Shown here: positions 43,619-53,926 of the stretch, piece after piece
Layout of the letters: each line of letters starts with the position of its first letter
Numbering within the stretch: the first letter of the stretch is position 1
Source: Paludibacteraceae bacterium
GTDB lineage: Bacteria; Bacteroidota; Bacteroidia; Bacteroidales; Paludibacteraceae
Length of the DNA: 64,000 nucleotides
Reading direction: 5' to 3'
Assembly (NCBI GenBank): GCA_017456885.1
Contig: JAFTIM010000004.1
Coordinates: 188,851-252,850 of the forward strand
Position numbers and translations under genes: made by a program
Notes under the pieces: model-generated
Databases searched by the model: none
Told to the model about the DNA's origin: nothing
Seen by the model: only the letters and a program-made list of their open reading frames with translations

Positions 43619-44086
43619 ATGAAAAAGATTATTAACCCTTGGATAGGTATCGACGGATACAACTGCTTTGGGTGTTGCCCAACAAACGATGCAGGAATAA
43701 AAATGGAGTTCTACGAAGACAGAGACGAAATTATTTCTTTTTGGCAAGCAAACGAGCATTATCAAAGTTATCTAAATACCTTGCACGGTGGCATTCAGGC
43801 AACACTGATTGACGAAATTGCAGGATGGGTGGTTTTTCACAAATTGCAAACCATCGGTGTTACAAACAGATTGAATGTCGTTTATAAGAAAGCACTTCAT
43901 ATTGACGAAAAGATTACGTTAAGAGCTTCTCTTAAAGAACAAAAACGTAATGTAGCATTCATTGAAATACGTATTTTCAACGCCAACAACGAACTTTGTA
44001 CCACTGCCGAAGCGGTCTATTTCTGCACCTCGAAAGAGAAAGCCAAACAAGAGATGAAATTCGAAGGGTGTAAAACAGAGAATTAA
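43619..44086 (+). CDS. PaaI/hot-dog fold thioesterase
   Basis: N-terminal CFGC motif and the LHGGIQATLIDE core typical of PaaI-type thioesterases. 155 aa. Confidence 0.75.
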   Translation: MKKIINPWIGIDGYNCFGCCPTNDAGIKMEFYEDRDEIISFWQANEHYQSYLNTLHGGIQATLIDEIAGWVVFHKLQTIGVTNRLNVVYKKALHIDEKITLRASLKEQKRNVAFIEIRIFNANNELCTTAEAVYFCTSKEKAKQEMKFEGCKTEN

Positions 44087-44157
44087 ATTTTCACCTGTTT
44101 TCTTGGCTAAACAATTCAAACAAACATATTTACTAGGTTCAGTAACCTTGCCGTATG

Positions 44158-45744
44158 TTATTGTATTACGTTTTTAATAAACGACACGAACAACGGATTT
44201 GGTCGGAGAACCGTTCCCGTATATTCGGGGTGAAATTGTACTCCCACATACCAACGACAAGCCGGCACTTCTACAATCTCCACCAATCCCGTTTCCGGAT
44301 TGATGCCCATACATTGCATTCCTGCTTGTTCGAATTGCGATTTGAAAGAGTTGCTAAATTCGTATCTATGTCGATGACGTTCAACAATTTGAGTTGTCCC
44401 ATACGCTTCATAAGCTTTTGACCCCTGAACAAGTTCGCAAGCATATCCTCCAAGACGCATGGTTCCCCCCATTTGCGTAATACTTTTCTGTTCTTCCATA
44501 ATATCTATTACGGGGTTCGATGTCAAAGGATTCATTTCGCTACTATTGGCATCGGTCAAACCCAATACATTACGGGCAAATTCGACCACCATCATCTGCA
44601 TACCCAAGCAGATGCCAAGCGTAGGTTTGTCAGAAACTCGGCAATATTCAGCTGCAATGATTTTTCCCTCAATGCCACGCGAACCGAATCCCGGACAAAT
44701 AACAACTCCGTCCATACCCAAAAGTAACTCCTCCACGTTGTTTTTGGTTACACCCTCGCTTTGTATAAAATGCGTTTTTACCTTACAATCGTTGTAAGTT
44801 GCAGCTTGTGCCAAACACTCAAGAATAGATTTGTAGGCATCTTGCAAATCGTATTTTCCGACAAGAGCGATATGAACAATGCGCGTTGCCCTCTTTCTTC
44901 GTTCAAGGAAGTTGTTCCATGCACCCAAATCGAGGTCTTGTTTAACCTCAACACCGAATTTGCGCAAAATAACCATATCGAGCGACTGTTCAGCCATGCG
45001 TATAGGCACTTCGTAAATACTCGGCACATCAAGGCTTTGCACCACACAATCGTTGCTTACGTTGCAAAAACCGGCAACTTTGTCCAACAAATTTCTATTC
45101 AATTCGTGCTCCGTACGCAGTACTAAAATATCGGGTTGCAACCCAAGTCCTTGCATGTCTTTCACCGAATGTTGAGTCGGTTTTGTTTTCAATTCGCAAG
45201 CGGCAGCTATATAAGGAACATAAGTAAGATGTACATTGAGCGCATCACGTCCCAATTGCCATTTCAATTGACGAATAGCCTCCAAGAAAGGCAAACTCTC
45301 TATATCACCCACCGTTCCACCTATTTCGGTGATGACAAAATCGTATTTCCCCGTTTCGCCAAGCACCTGCATACGACGTTTGATTTCATCGGTAATATGA
45401 GGAACTACCTGCACCGTTTTCCCCAAATAAGCGCCTTCACGCTCCTTGGCAATAACGCTTTGATAGATTTTGCCTGTTGTAACATTGTTGGCATGTGTAG
45501 TCTGAATATCCGTAAAACGCTCGTAATGACCCAAATCGAGGTCGGTTTCGCACCCATCAACGGTTACATAACATTCTCCGTGTTCGTAAGGATTCAACGT
45601 ACCGGGGTCGATATTGATATAAGGGTCAAACTTTTGTATAGTAACACGGTATCCTCTGGCTTGCAACAATTTACCAATAGATGCCGAAATAATACCTTTA
45701 CCCAAAGAACTGACAACACCGCCGGTTACAAATATGTATTTCAT
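44158..45744 (-). CDS. pyrG: CTP synthase
   Basis: MKYIFVTGGVVSSLGKG start, GATase C-domain GICLGMQ and HRHRYE. 528 aa. Confidence 0.97.
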   Translation of the reverse strand: MKYIFVTGGVVSSLGKGIISASIGKLLQARGYRVTIQKFDPYINIDPGTLNPYEHGECYVTVDGCETDLDLGHYERFTDIQTTHANNVTTGKIYQSVIAKEREGAYLGKTVQVVPHITDEIKRRMQVLGETGKYDFVITEIGGTVGDIESLPFLEAIRQLKWQLGRDALNVHLTYVPYIAAACELKTKPTQHSVKDMQGLGLQPDILVLRTEHELNRNLLDKVAGFCNVSNDCVVQSLDVPSIYEVPIRMAEQSLDMVILRKFGVEVKQDLDLGAWNNFLERRKRATRIVHIALVGKYDLQDAYKSILECLAQAATYNDCKVKTHFIQSEGVTKNNVEELLLGMDGVVICPGFGSRGIEGKIIAAEYCRVSDKPTLGICLGMQMMVVEFARNVLGLTDANSSEMNPLTSNPVIDIMEEQKSITQMGGTMRLGGYACELVQGSKAYEAYGTTQIVERHRHRYEFSNSFKSQFEQAGMQCMGINPETGLVEIVEVPACRWYVGVQFHPEYTGTVLRPNPLFVSFIKNVIQ

Positions 45745-45781
45745 AGTTTTGTTATTTATTTTTATATGAATAGTTTTTATC

Positions 45782-47392
45782 TTACTCCCACTCTATGGTT
45801 GCCGGTGGTTTTGAAGATATGTCGTAACATACGCGATTGACACCTTTCACCTTATTGATAATCTCATTAGAAATATTTGCCATGAAATCGTATGGAAGGT
45901 GCGCCCAATCGGCACTCATGGCATCGGTACTTGTAACAGCACGCAATGCAACCGGATGTTCGTAAGTACGTTCATCGCCCATTACTCCTACGGAGCGAAC
46001 CGTAGAAAGCAACACCGCCCCTGCTTGCCATATCTGGTCGTAAAGCGAAACCTCTATTTCTCCATTTTTCATATTAGCAGGAACACCGGCTGCAAGCACA
46101 CGGCGAGCATCGTCACCATTGAGTTTCACCTTATACTCTCGAAGTCCGCGTATGTAAATATCGTCAGCATCCTGAAGAATGCGTACTTTTTCGGGAGTAA
46201 TATCGCCAAGAATGCGTACGGCAAGCCCCGGACCAGGAAAAGGATGACGTGTAATCAGATGTTCAGGCATTCCCATCGAACGCCCCACCCTACGAACCTC
46301 GTCCTTGAAAAGCCATTTGAGCGGTTCGCATAGGCGGAGATTCATCTTTTCGGGAAGTCCGCCTACATTGTGGTGGCTCTTGATGACCTTGCCAGTGATA
46401 TTGAGGCTCTCGATGCGGTCGGGATAAATCGTACCTTGAGCAAGCCATTTAGCCCCGGTCTGTTTTTTTGCCTCGGCGTTAAATACCTCCACAAAATCGC
46501 GACCTATAATTTTACGTTTCTGTTCAGGATCGGATACTCCGACAAGGTCAGCAAAAAATTTAGCCGACGCATCGACACCTATTACATTAAGACCTAAACA
46601 CTTATAATCTTCCATCACATCATGGAATTCATTTTTGCGAAGCATACCATGATCAACAAATATACAGGTCAGATTCTTACCAATTGCCTTATTGAGAAGG
46701 ACAGCCGCCACACTCGAATCGACACCACCCGACAATCCAAGTATTACCTTGTCATCGCCCAATTCTTCCTTAAGCTGAGCCACAGTAGATTCGACAAAAG
46801 AGGCCGCGCTCCAATCCTGCTTGCTACCGCAAATATCCACGGCAAAGTTTTTAAGGAGTTGTATGCCCTGCATAGAGTGAAAAGCCTCAGGATGAAACTG
46901 GACTCCCCACAACTGCTCGCCCTCCGCCTGATAGGCAGCATACTGCACTTTGTCGGTAGAAGCTATGCAGCGAAAATTGTCAGGGAGTGCCACGATAGTG
47001 TCTCCATGGCTCATCCACACTTGCGAGTTATCATCAAAATCTTTAAATAGAAGATTATCTTTCTCAAATGATTGAAGATTGGCACGTCCGTACTCTCGTG
47101 TACCTGCAGGTGCGACTTTTCCACCCATGGTGTGTGCCATATACTGCGCCCCATAGCAAATACCAAGTATGGGATATTTTCCGCGAATACCGCTCAAATC
47201 CACCTTAAATGCTTTCGGGTCATAAACACTGAAAGGAGATCCTGAAAGAATGACGCCAATAATATCAGGGTCATCGTATGGGAACTTATTATAAGGAAAA
47301 ATTTCGCAGAAAGTATCAAGATCGCGCAAACGACGACCTATCAACTGTGTGGTCTGTGAACCGAAATCAAGAATGACAATCTTTTGTTGCAT
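45782..47392 (-). CDS. guaA: GMP synthase (glutamine-hydrolysing)
   Basis: GATase GICYGAQ, ATP-PPase SGGVDSSV, C-terminal PPATIEWE. 536 aa. Confidence 0.97.
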   Translation of the reverse strand: MQQKIVILDFGSQTTQLIGRRLRDLDTFCEIFPYNKFPYDDPDIIGVILSGSPFSVYDPKAFKVDLSGIRGKYPILGICYGAQYMAHTMGGKVAPAGTREYGRANLQSFEKDNLLFKDFDDNSQVWMSHGDTIVALPDNFRCIASTDKVQYAAYQAEGEQLWGVQFHPEAFHSMQGIQLLKNFAVDICGSKQDWSAASFVESTVAQLKEELGDDKVILGLSGGVDSSVAAVLLNKAIGKNLTCIFVDHGMLRKNEFHDVMEDYKCLGLNVIGVDASAKFFADLVGVSDPEQKRKIIGRDFVEVFNAEAKKQTGAKWLAQGTIYPDRIESLNITGKVIKSHHNVGGLPEKMNLRLCEPLKWLFKDEVRRVGRSMGMPEHLITRHPFPGPGLAVRILGDITPEKVRILQDADDIYIRGLREYKVKLNGDDARRVLAAGVPANMKNGEIEVSLYDQIWQAGAVLLSTVRSVGVMGDERTYEHPVALRAVTSTDAMSADWAHLPYDFMANISNEIINKVKGVNRVCYDISSKPPATIEWE

Positions 47393-47437
47393 AATTATTG
47401 GTATAGTGGTAAGTATTCTTCAGTTTACATTTTTTCA

Positions 47438-50400
47438 TCATTGATACTCACTCCACGACTTAATAGCTATCTCATCAATAGTCATTGTGCAGAATGCACT
47501 GATGAAAGCACTGGCGAGACGAGCGTTGGTGAGGAGCGGGATATTGAGGTCGATGGAGGCACGACGTATCTTGTATCCGTTGGTGAGTTCGCCTGATGTT
47601 AAGTTTTTCGGGATATTGACCACCATATCTATCTCCTTGTTGTGGAGCATGTCGAGAGCCTGCGGCTGTCCCTGCTCGCTTGGCCAATACACGCGCGTGT
47701 TAGTTACCCCATTTTCGGTAAGAAAACGCGATGTTCCTCCCGTGGCATAAATATGATAACCTTTACTTTGTAAAAGTCGAGCCGAAGCAAGCATATCTAC
47801 TTTTTGCTTGGCATCGCCCGTAGAGAGGAGGATGCCCTTTTCGGCAGATGGTATGCGGTAGCCGACGCTGAGCATGGACTTGAGGATGGCGCATGAGGAG
47901 TCGTCGCCGATACAGCCAACCTCTCCGGTCGATGCCATGTCGACTCCAAGCACAGGGTCGGCCTTCTGGAGGCGGTTGAAGGAGAACTGGCTGGCTTTGA
48001 TGCCGACATAGTCGAGGTCGAAGAGGTTTTTGCCAGGTTTTTCAACATCGAGGCCGAGCATGACGCGAGTGGCGAGTTCGATGAAGTTTATCTTGAGCAC
48101 CTTGCTGACGAATGGGAATGAACGTGAGGCACGAAGGTTGCACTCTATGACTTTGATGTCATTGTCGCGAGCAAGGAACTGTATGTTGAATGGACCTGAG
48201 ATGTTGAGCTCGCGTGCTATCTGGCGGCTGATGCGCTTGATGCGTCGCATGGTCTCCACATAGAGTTTTTGAGGAGGGAACTGTATGGTGGCATCGCCAG
48301 AGTGGACTCCTGCATACTCGATGTGCTCAGAGATGGCATATACGATGATTTCGCCATTGCGGGCCACAGCGTCCATCTCCACTTCCTTGGCATGTTCGAT
48401 GAACTGGCTCACGACGACTGGATGTTTCTTGGAGACATTGGCAGCGAGAGTGAGGAAGCGTTCGAGTTCTTCCTGATTGCTGCACACGTTCATGGCTGCT
48501 CCTGAGAGAACGTATGAAGGACGCACGAGAACGGGGAATCCGACCTTGTCGATAAACTTGTTGATGTCCTCCATAGATGTCAGTGCGCTCCACTCGGGCT
48601 GGTCTACTCCTATGCGGTCTAGCATGGCAGAGAACTTGTCTCGGTCCTCGGCGTTGTCGATGCTCTTGGCGCTTGTGCCGAGGATGTTGACGTTCTGTCC
48701 GTCGAGGCGCATGGCAAGGTTGTTTGGTATCTGTCCTCCTGTAGACACGATGACTCCGTGAGGATTTTCGAGGTCGATGATGTCGAGCACACGCTCGAAG
48801 GTCAGTTCGTCGAAATAGAGGCGGTCGCACATGTCGTAGTCGGTGGAGACAGTCTCTGGGTTGTAGTTTATCATCACGCTGCGGTAGCCTTGCTTGCGGA
48901 TGGTCTGCAGTGCCTGCACGCCACACCAGTCAAACTCCACACTGGAGCCGATGCGGTATGCACCGCTACCGAGCACTACAATGGAACGGTGGTCGCCAGT
49001 GTAGTCAACGTCATTGGCTACTCCGCTGTATGTGAGGTATAGATAGTTGGTATGTGCTGGGTATTCGGCTGCCAGTGTATCTATCTGCTTCACTACAGGC
49101 AGGATGCCTTTCGCCTTACGTATGGCTCTAACTGCCATTGAGCCGTCCTCGCTACCAAGTTGAGCTTCGAGTCCTATGGCACGCGCTATCTGGAAGTCGG
49201 AGAATCCTTGTACCTTTGCCTTGCGCAGGAGGTCGGTTGGAAGAGACTCTGGAGTATACTGTTTAAGAGCATCGGAAGTGGTGACTATGCCTTGGAGCTT
49301 CTGCAGGAACCATCGGTCTATCTTTGTCAATTCATGTATCTGATCGACGGTATATCCGGCGGCAAGGGCTTTGGAGATGACGAAGATGCGTTTGTCTGTG
49401 GGTTCGCGGAGAGCTTTGTCCACATCGTCAATGACGAGTTCTTTGTTGTCGACAAAGCCATGCATGCCCTGGCCAATCATTCGCAGTCCCTTCTGGATGG
49501 CTTCCTCAAAGGTGCGTCCGATGGACATGACCTCTCCCACAGACTTCATGGAAGAGCCGAGTTCGCGGTCTACACCATGGAACTTTCCGAGGTCCCAACG
49601 TGGTATCTTGCACACCACATAGTCGAGGGCTGGTTCGAAGAATGCGCACGTAGTCTTTGTGACAGAGTTCTTCAGGTCAAAGAGACCATAGCCAAGTCCG
49701 AGTTTGGCAGCCACGAAAGCAAGCGGATATCCTGTGGCCTTAGAGGCGAGGGCAGATGAGCGGCTCAGGCGAGCATTGACCTCTATGACACGATAGTCCT
49801 CGCTCTCAGGGTCGTAGGCATACTGCACGTTGCACTCACCCACGATGCCCACATGACGCACGATGCGTATAGCCAGTTCGCGGAGCTTGTGGTAGTCGCT
49901 GTTGGACAGGGTCTGAGAGGGGGCGATGACGATGCTCTCGCCTGTATGTATGCCGAGAGGGTCGAAGTTTTCCATGTTGCAGACGGTGATGCAGTTGTCG
50001 AAGCGGTCGCGCACCACCTCGTACTCCACTTCCTTCCATCCTCGGAGGCTCTTCTCCACCAACACCTGTGGTGAGAAGGAGAAGGCTTTCTCAGCCAAGA
50101 CATTGAGTTCGTCCTCATTGTCGCAGAAACCGCTGCCCAGCCCTCCGAGGGCATAGGCCGCACGAATGATGACAGGATATCCCAATGCTTTAGCAGCATT
50201 ACGGGCATCCTCGATATTCTTGACAGCCTCACTCTTGATGGTCTTGACATCTATCTCATTGAGACGCTCCACAAAGAGTTCGCGGTCTTCAGTGTCCATG
50301 ATGGCCTGAACGGGGGTGCCAAGCACCTGAACGCCATACTTCTCAAAGACGCCCTCACGATACAGAGCTACACCGCAGTTGAGTGCAGTCTGTCCGCCGA

Positions 50401-50671
50401 AAGAGAGCAGCACACCGTCGGGGCGCTCCTTTTCGATGACACGCTCCACGAAGTAGGGTGTGACTGGGAGGAAATATATCTGGTCGGCCACTCCCTCCGA
50501 TGTCTGAACGGTTGCGATGTTGGGGTTGATGAGGACGGTCTGTATGCCTTCTTCCTTGAGGGCCTTCAGAGCCTGTGAGCCAGAGTAGTCAAATTCTCCC
50601 GCCTCACCTATCTTGAGTGCTCCCGAACCGAGGAGTAATACTTTCTTTATGCTTGTATTGATGTTTTCCAT
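47438..50671 (-). CDS. carB: Carbamoyl-phosphate synthase large subunit
   Basis: Duplicated ATP-grasp halves, an MGS-like C-terminal domain, and the IGEAGEFDYSGSQA start. 1077 aa. Confidence 0.98.
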   Translation of the reverse strand: MENINTSIKKVLLLGSGALKIGEAGEFDYSGSQALKALKEEGIQTVLINPNIATVQTSEGVADQIYFLPVTPYFVERVIEKERPDGVLLSFGGQTALNCGVALYREGVFEKYGVQVLGTPVQAIMDTEDRELFVERLNEIDVKTIKSEAVKNIEDARNAAKALGYPVIIRAAYALGGLGSGFCDNEDELNVLAEKAFSFSPQVLVEKSLRGWKEVEYEVVRDRFDNCITVCNMENFDPLGIHTGESIVIAPSQTLSNSDYHKLRELAIRIVRHVGIVGECNVQYAYDPESEDYRVIEVNARLSRSSALASKATGYPLAFVAAKLGLGYGLFDLKNSVTKTTCAFFEPALDYVVCKIPRWDLGKFHGVDRELGSSMKSVGEVMSIGRTFEEAIQKGLRMIGQGMHGFVDNKELVIDDVDKALREPTDKRIFVISKALAAGYTVDQIHELTKIDRWFLQKLQGIVTTSDALKQYTPESLPTDLLRKAKVQGFSDFQIARAIGLEAQLGSEDGSMAVRAIRKAKGILPVVKQIDTLAAEYPAHTNYLYLTYSGVANDVDYTGDHRSIVVLGSGAYRIGSSVEFDWCGVQALQTIRKQGYRSVMINYNPETVSTDYDMCDRLYFDELTFERVLDIIDLENPHGVIVSTGGQIPNNLAMRLDGQNVNILGTSAKSIDNAEDRDKFSAMLDRIGVDQPEWSALTSMEDINKFIDKVGFPVLVRPSYVLSGAAMNVCSNQEELERFLTLAANVSKKHPVVVSQFIEHAKEVEMDAVARNGEIIVYAISEHIEYAGVHSGDATIQFPPQKLYVETMRRIKRISRQIARELNISGPFNIQFLARDNDIKVIECNLRASRSFPFVSKVLKINFIELATRVMLGLDVEKPGKNLFDLDYVGIKASQFSFNRLQKADPVLGVDMASTGEVGCIGDDSSCAILKSMLSVGYRIPSAEKGILLSTGDAKQKVDMLASARLLQSKGYHIYATGGTSRFLTENGVTNTRVYWPSEQGQPQALDMLHNKEIDMVVNIPKNLTSGELTNGYKIRRASIDLNIPLLTNARLASAFISAFCTMTIDEIAIKSWSEYQ

Positions 50672-50683
50672 AATGCTTCTTTT

Positions 50684-51757
50684 CTACAGGAGTTTAACAA
50701 AATCATCGAAGAGGAATTCTGTGTCGGTAGGACCGCTGGCCGCCTCAGGATGGAACTGAACGGAGAACCATGGCTTGGACTTATGGCGAATGCCCTCGTT
50801 GGAGCCATCGTTCATGTTGGAGAAGAGAGGTTCCCAGTCGTTACCCAGTGTGGCATCATCGACAGCGAATCCATGATTCTGGCTTGTGATGAAGCAGCGG
50901 TTGGTGCCAGCCATGCGTACGGGTTGGTTGTGGCTTCGGTGGCCATACTTGAGTTTGTAAGTCTGTGCACCCCCGGCCTTGGCAAGTAGCTGGTTGCCCA
51001 TGCAGATACCGAAGATAGGTTTGTCGCTCATGCTCATGGCTTTGCGCAGGTTGTCGACTGCTGCTCCACACTGGTCGGGGTCGCCGGGGCCGTTGCTGAT
51101 GAAGATGCCGTCGTAGCGCAGGGAGGTGAAGTCGTAGTTCCATGGGACACGCACTATCTCTACTCCTCGGCGCTTGAGGCAGCGTATGATATTGCTCTTC
51201 ACACCGCAGTCAACGAGGATGATGGTCTTCTCGGCCCCCTCATTGTATCTGATGACTTCTTTGCAGGAGACTTTGTCAACATAGTTGACAGAAGAGTATG
51301 GTATAGACGCAACATCCGACTCCACGTCTTCGATGACGATACGTCCCATCATGACACCGTGTTCGCGCAGCACTTTGGTGAGCTGGCGTGTGTCTATGCC
51401 CGTGATGCCAGGAATCTGTTCGCGCTTGAGCCATGACGCAAGACTCTCGCAGGCATTCCAATGGCTGTACTGCTCACTGTAGTCGCTCACGATGAGGGCT
51501 TCGGCATGGATGCGCTCGCTCTCCATGAAGTCGGGGATGCCATCTGTCGCGATGGTGAAGGGTGGCACACCATAGTTGCCTACTAATGGATATGTCAGCG
51601 TCATGAGCTGACCTGCATATGAGGGATCCGTTAGGCTCTCGGGATAACCCGTCATGGCAGTATTGAACACGACCTCGCCTGCTACAGGCTTCTCATATCC
51701 GAAGGACCCACCTTCGAATCGCGTGCCGTCATCCAGAATCAATGTTGCTTTTCTCAT
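50684..51757 (-). CDS. carA: Carbamoyl-phosphate synthase small (glutaminase) subunit
   Basis: GICMGNQ catalytic Cys context and HGFAV...FSVQFHPE. 357 aa. Confidence 0.95.
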   Translation of the reverse strand: MRKATLILDDGTRFEGGSFGYEKPVAGEVVFNTAMTGYPESLTDPSYAGQLMTLTYPLVGNYGVPPFTIATDGIPDFMESERIHAEALIVSDYSEQYSHWNACESLASWLKREQIPGITGIDTRQLTKVLREHGVMMGRIVIEDVESDVASIPYSSVNYVDKVSCKEVIRYNEGAEKTIILVDCGVKSNIIRCLKRRGVEIVRVPWNYDFTSLRYDGIFISNGPGDPDQCGAAVDNLRKAMSMSDKPIFGICMGNQLLAKAGGAQTYKLKYGHRSHNQPVRMAGTNRCFITSQNHGFAVDDATLGNDWEPLFSNMNDGSNEGIRHKSKPWFSVQFHPEAASGPTDTEFLFDDFVKLL

Positions 51758-51764
51758 TTACCTA

Positions 51765-53660
51765 TTATTCCTTAATATTTTTTATTTCATTTTCCACGTA
51801 ATCAATAAAAGCCTGATTTACCAACTTCATACCTCCCTGCGTTGGATAATCGCCACTAAAATACCAATCTCCACTATGGTTTGGGCAAGCCTTGTGAAGT
51901 CCTTCGAGCGTTTGATACACAATTTGTACTTTGGCATTCACATTATCAGATTTAAGAATTTCGACCATCTTTGCCGCTATTTCCTCATCTGAAAATGGTG
52001 CATAAATTTCTTTTACATAATTCACAAAACGCTCTTTCGGACACAAAAGCTGCGCTTTACATTTATTATAAACATCGGTAATGACTTGTTCCATTCCTCG
52101 TTCTTTGAGGAGTGCGATAGTGGCCTTAAAGGCAATAAACTGATTCATGCTTGCCATATCGATACCATAATAGTCGGGATAACGCACTTGTGGCGAAGAG
52201 GAAACGATAACAATTTTTTTCGGTTTCAAACGGTCAAGAATACTGATAATACTCTGCTTGAGCGTAGTGCCTCGCACTATACTATCGTCAATAATCACCA
52301 AATTGTCCACACCGGCATTCAAACTTCCGTAAGTGATATCGTACACATGAGCTGCAAGGTCGTTACGACTATTACCCTCCGCAATAAAAGTACGAAGTTT
52401 TATGTCCTTGATAGCCACCTTTTCACTCCGTATGCGTTTCGACAATATTCTTGAAATTTCCTCGTGAGCGGCACCCGAGCGAACAGCTTTTTCTATTTGC
52501 TCTACTTTCTGCTGATTCAAATAGTTGTCTAACCCTTCGAGCATTCCGTAAAAAGCCACTTCGGCCGTATTCGGGATAAAAGAAAATACCGTGTGTTCAA
52601 CATCGTAATCAATCGCTTTGAGAATAGACGGAATTAAAAGCTTACCCATCTCTTTTCGTTCACGATAAATATCCACATCACTTCCGCGACTAAAGTATAT
52701 TCGTTCAAAAGAACAGGCTCTTTTGTTTTTAGGTTCGTTGATTTGCACAAGTCTCATATTACCCGAACGATTGACAAGAATAGCTTGCCCGGGTTGCAAT
52801 TCTGTAACTTGGTCGGCTGCGACATTAAGTACCGTTTGTATGACGGGACGCTCGGAGGCAAGCACCATAACTTCGTCGTCCATATACCAAAATGCCGACC
52901 GAATACCCCAAGGGTCGCGCACGGCAAAACTCTCGCCGCTACCCGTAATGCCGCACATCACATAGCCTCCGTCCCAATCTTTACTCGCCTGTCGAAGCAC
53001 ATGGCTCATATCAACACTATTTTCTATGGCTCGGGTTACATCTATGCCCGTCATTCCTTCTGCAACGTATTTTTCGTACAAATGTTCCACCTCGCGGTCG
53101 AGGCGATGACCGAGTTGTTCCAATATAATATATGTGTCGGCATAACGACGCGGGTGTTGTCCCTCACTCGTTATTTTTGCAAACACTTCATCAACGTTAG
53201 TGAGGTTGAAATTACCGCAAACAGCCAAATTGCGTGATCGCCAATTATTACGTCGGAGAAACGGATGAACGTACGACAAACCACTCTTACCCGTGGTTGA
53301 ATATCGCAAATGTCCCATATAGATATCCCCTGCAAAGGGCAAACATTTTTTTGCAAATACGGCATCATTGAGCTCGTCTTTGCTCAAATCGGCAAACTTG
53401 CCTTGTATATTCTGAAAAATTTCGGTGATGGCTCCCGTACCCAAAGCACGTTCGCGAAACATATATTCTTCGCCGGAAGCGGCGTCAAGTTTGACACAAG
53501 CAATGCCTGCTCCTTCTTGACCACGGTTGTGTTGTTTTTCCATCATAAGGTACATTTTGTTCAACCCATACATCCATGTACCATATTTCTGTCGGTAATA
53601 CTCCAACGGCTTGAGCAACCGCACCATTGCCACGCCGCATTCATGCTTTATTATCTCCAT
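51765..53660 (-). CDS. purF: Amidophosphoribosyltransferase (long Bacteroidetes-type PurF, Ntn class II amidotransferase)
   Basis: N-terminal HECGV (Ntn Cys) and the PRTase motif VIIDDSIVRGTT. 631 aa. Confidence 0.88.
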   Translation of the reverse strand: MEIIKHECGVAMVRLLKPLEYYRQKYGTWMYGLNKMYLMMEKQHNRGQEGAGIACVKLDAASGEEYMFRERALGTGAITEIFQNIQGKFADLSKDELNDAVFAKKCLPFAGDIYMGHLRYSTTGKSGLSYVHPFLRRNNWRSRNLAVCGNFNLTNVDEVFAKITSEGQHPRRYADTYIILEQLGHRLDREVEHLYEKYVAEGMTGIDVTRAIENSVDMSHVLRQASKDWDGGYVMCGITGSGESFAVRDPWGIRSAFWYMDDEVMVLASERPVIQTVLNVAADQVTELQPGQAILVNRSGNMRLVQINEPKNKRACSFERIYFSRGSDVDIYRERKEMGKLLIPSILKAIDYDVEHTVFSFIPNTAEVAFYGMLEGLDNYLNQQKVEQIEKAVRSGAAHEEISRILSKRIRSEKVAIKDIKLRTFIAEGNSRNDLAAHVYDITYGSLNAGVDNLVIIDDSIVRGTTLKQSIISILDRLKPKKIVIVSSSPQVRYPDYYGIDMASMNQFIAFKATIALLKERGMEQVITDVYNKCKAQLLCPKERFVNYVKEIYAPFSDEEIAAKMVEILKSDNVNAKVQIVYQTLEGLHKACPNHSGDWYFSGDYPTQGGMKLVNQAFIDYVENEIKNIKE

Positions 53661-53685
53661 TGATTTTGCCCCACTATTTCGTTTG

Positions 53686-53693
53686 CAAATTTA
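53686..53693 (-). promoter_or_regulatory. Bacteroidetes -7 promoter box (TAAATTTG) for the purF-carAB-guaA-pyrG gene string
   Basis: Exact TAnnTTTG on the minus strand, 26 nt upstream of the purF ATG (53660). Confidence 0.4.
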
Positions 53694-53926
53694 AGACGAG
53701 ATACGCAGAAAACCTCATTTATTGTTCATTTTTTACAAAAACTCCCAAAATACGAATCCCGAACTGAAATCTTTTTATTCATTTTCACTTTCAATTTAAA
53801 TCTTACAAACACTCATATTTTACAGACTATAATTTTTAAACGCATTTTTTATGGATATTTTTATTCAGATATAAATACAAAATGTATTTTTCCGTACTTT
53901 TATGCCCTTATATCAAAAAGTCGAAT

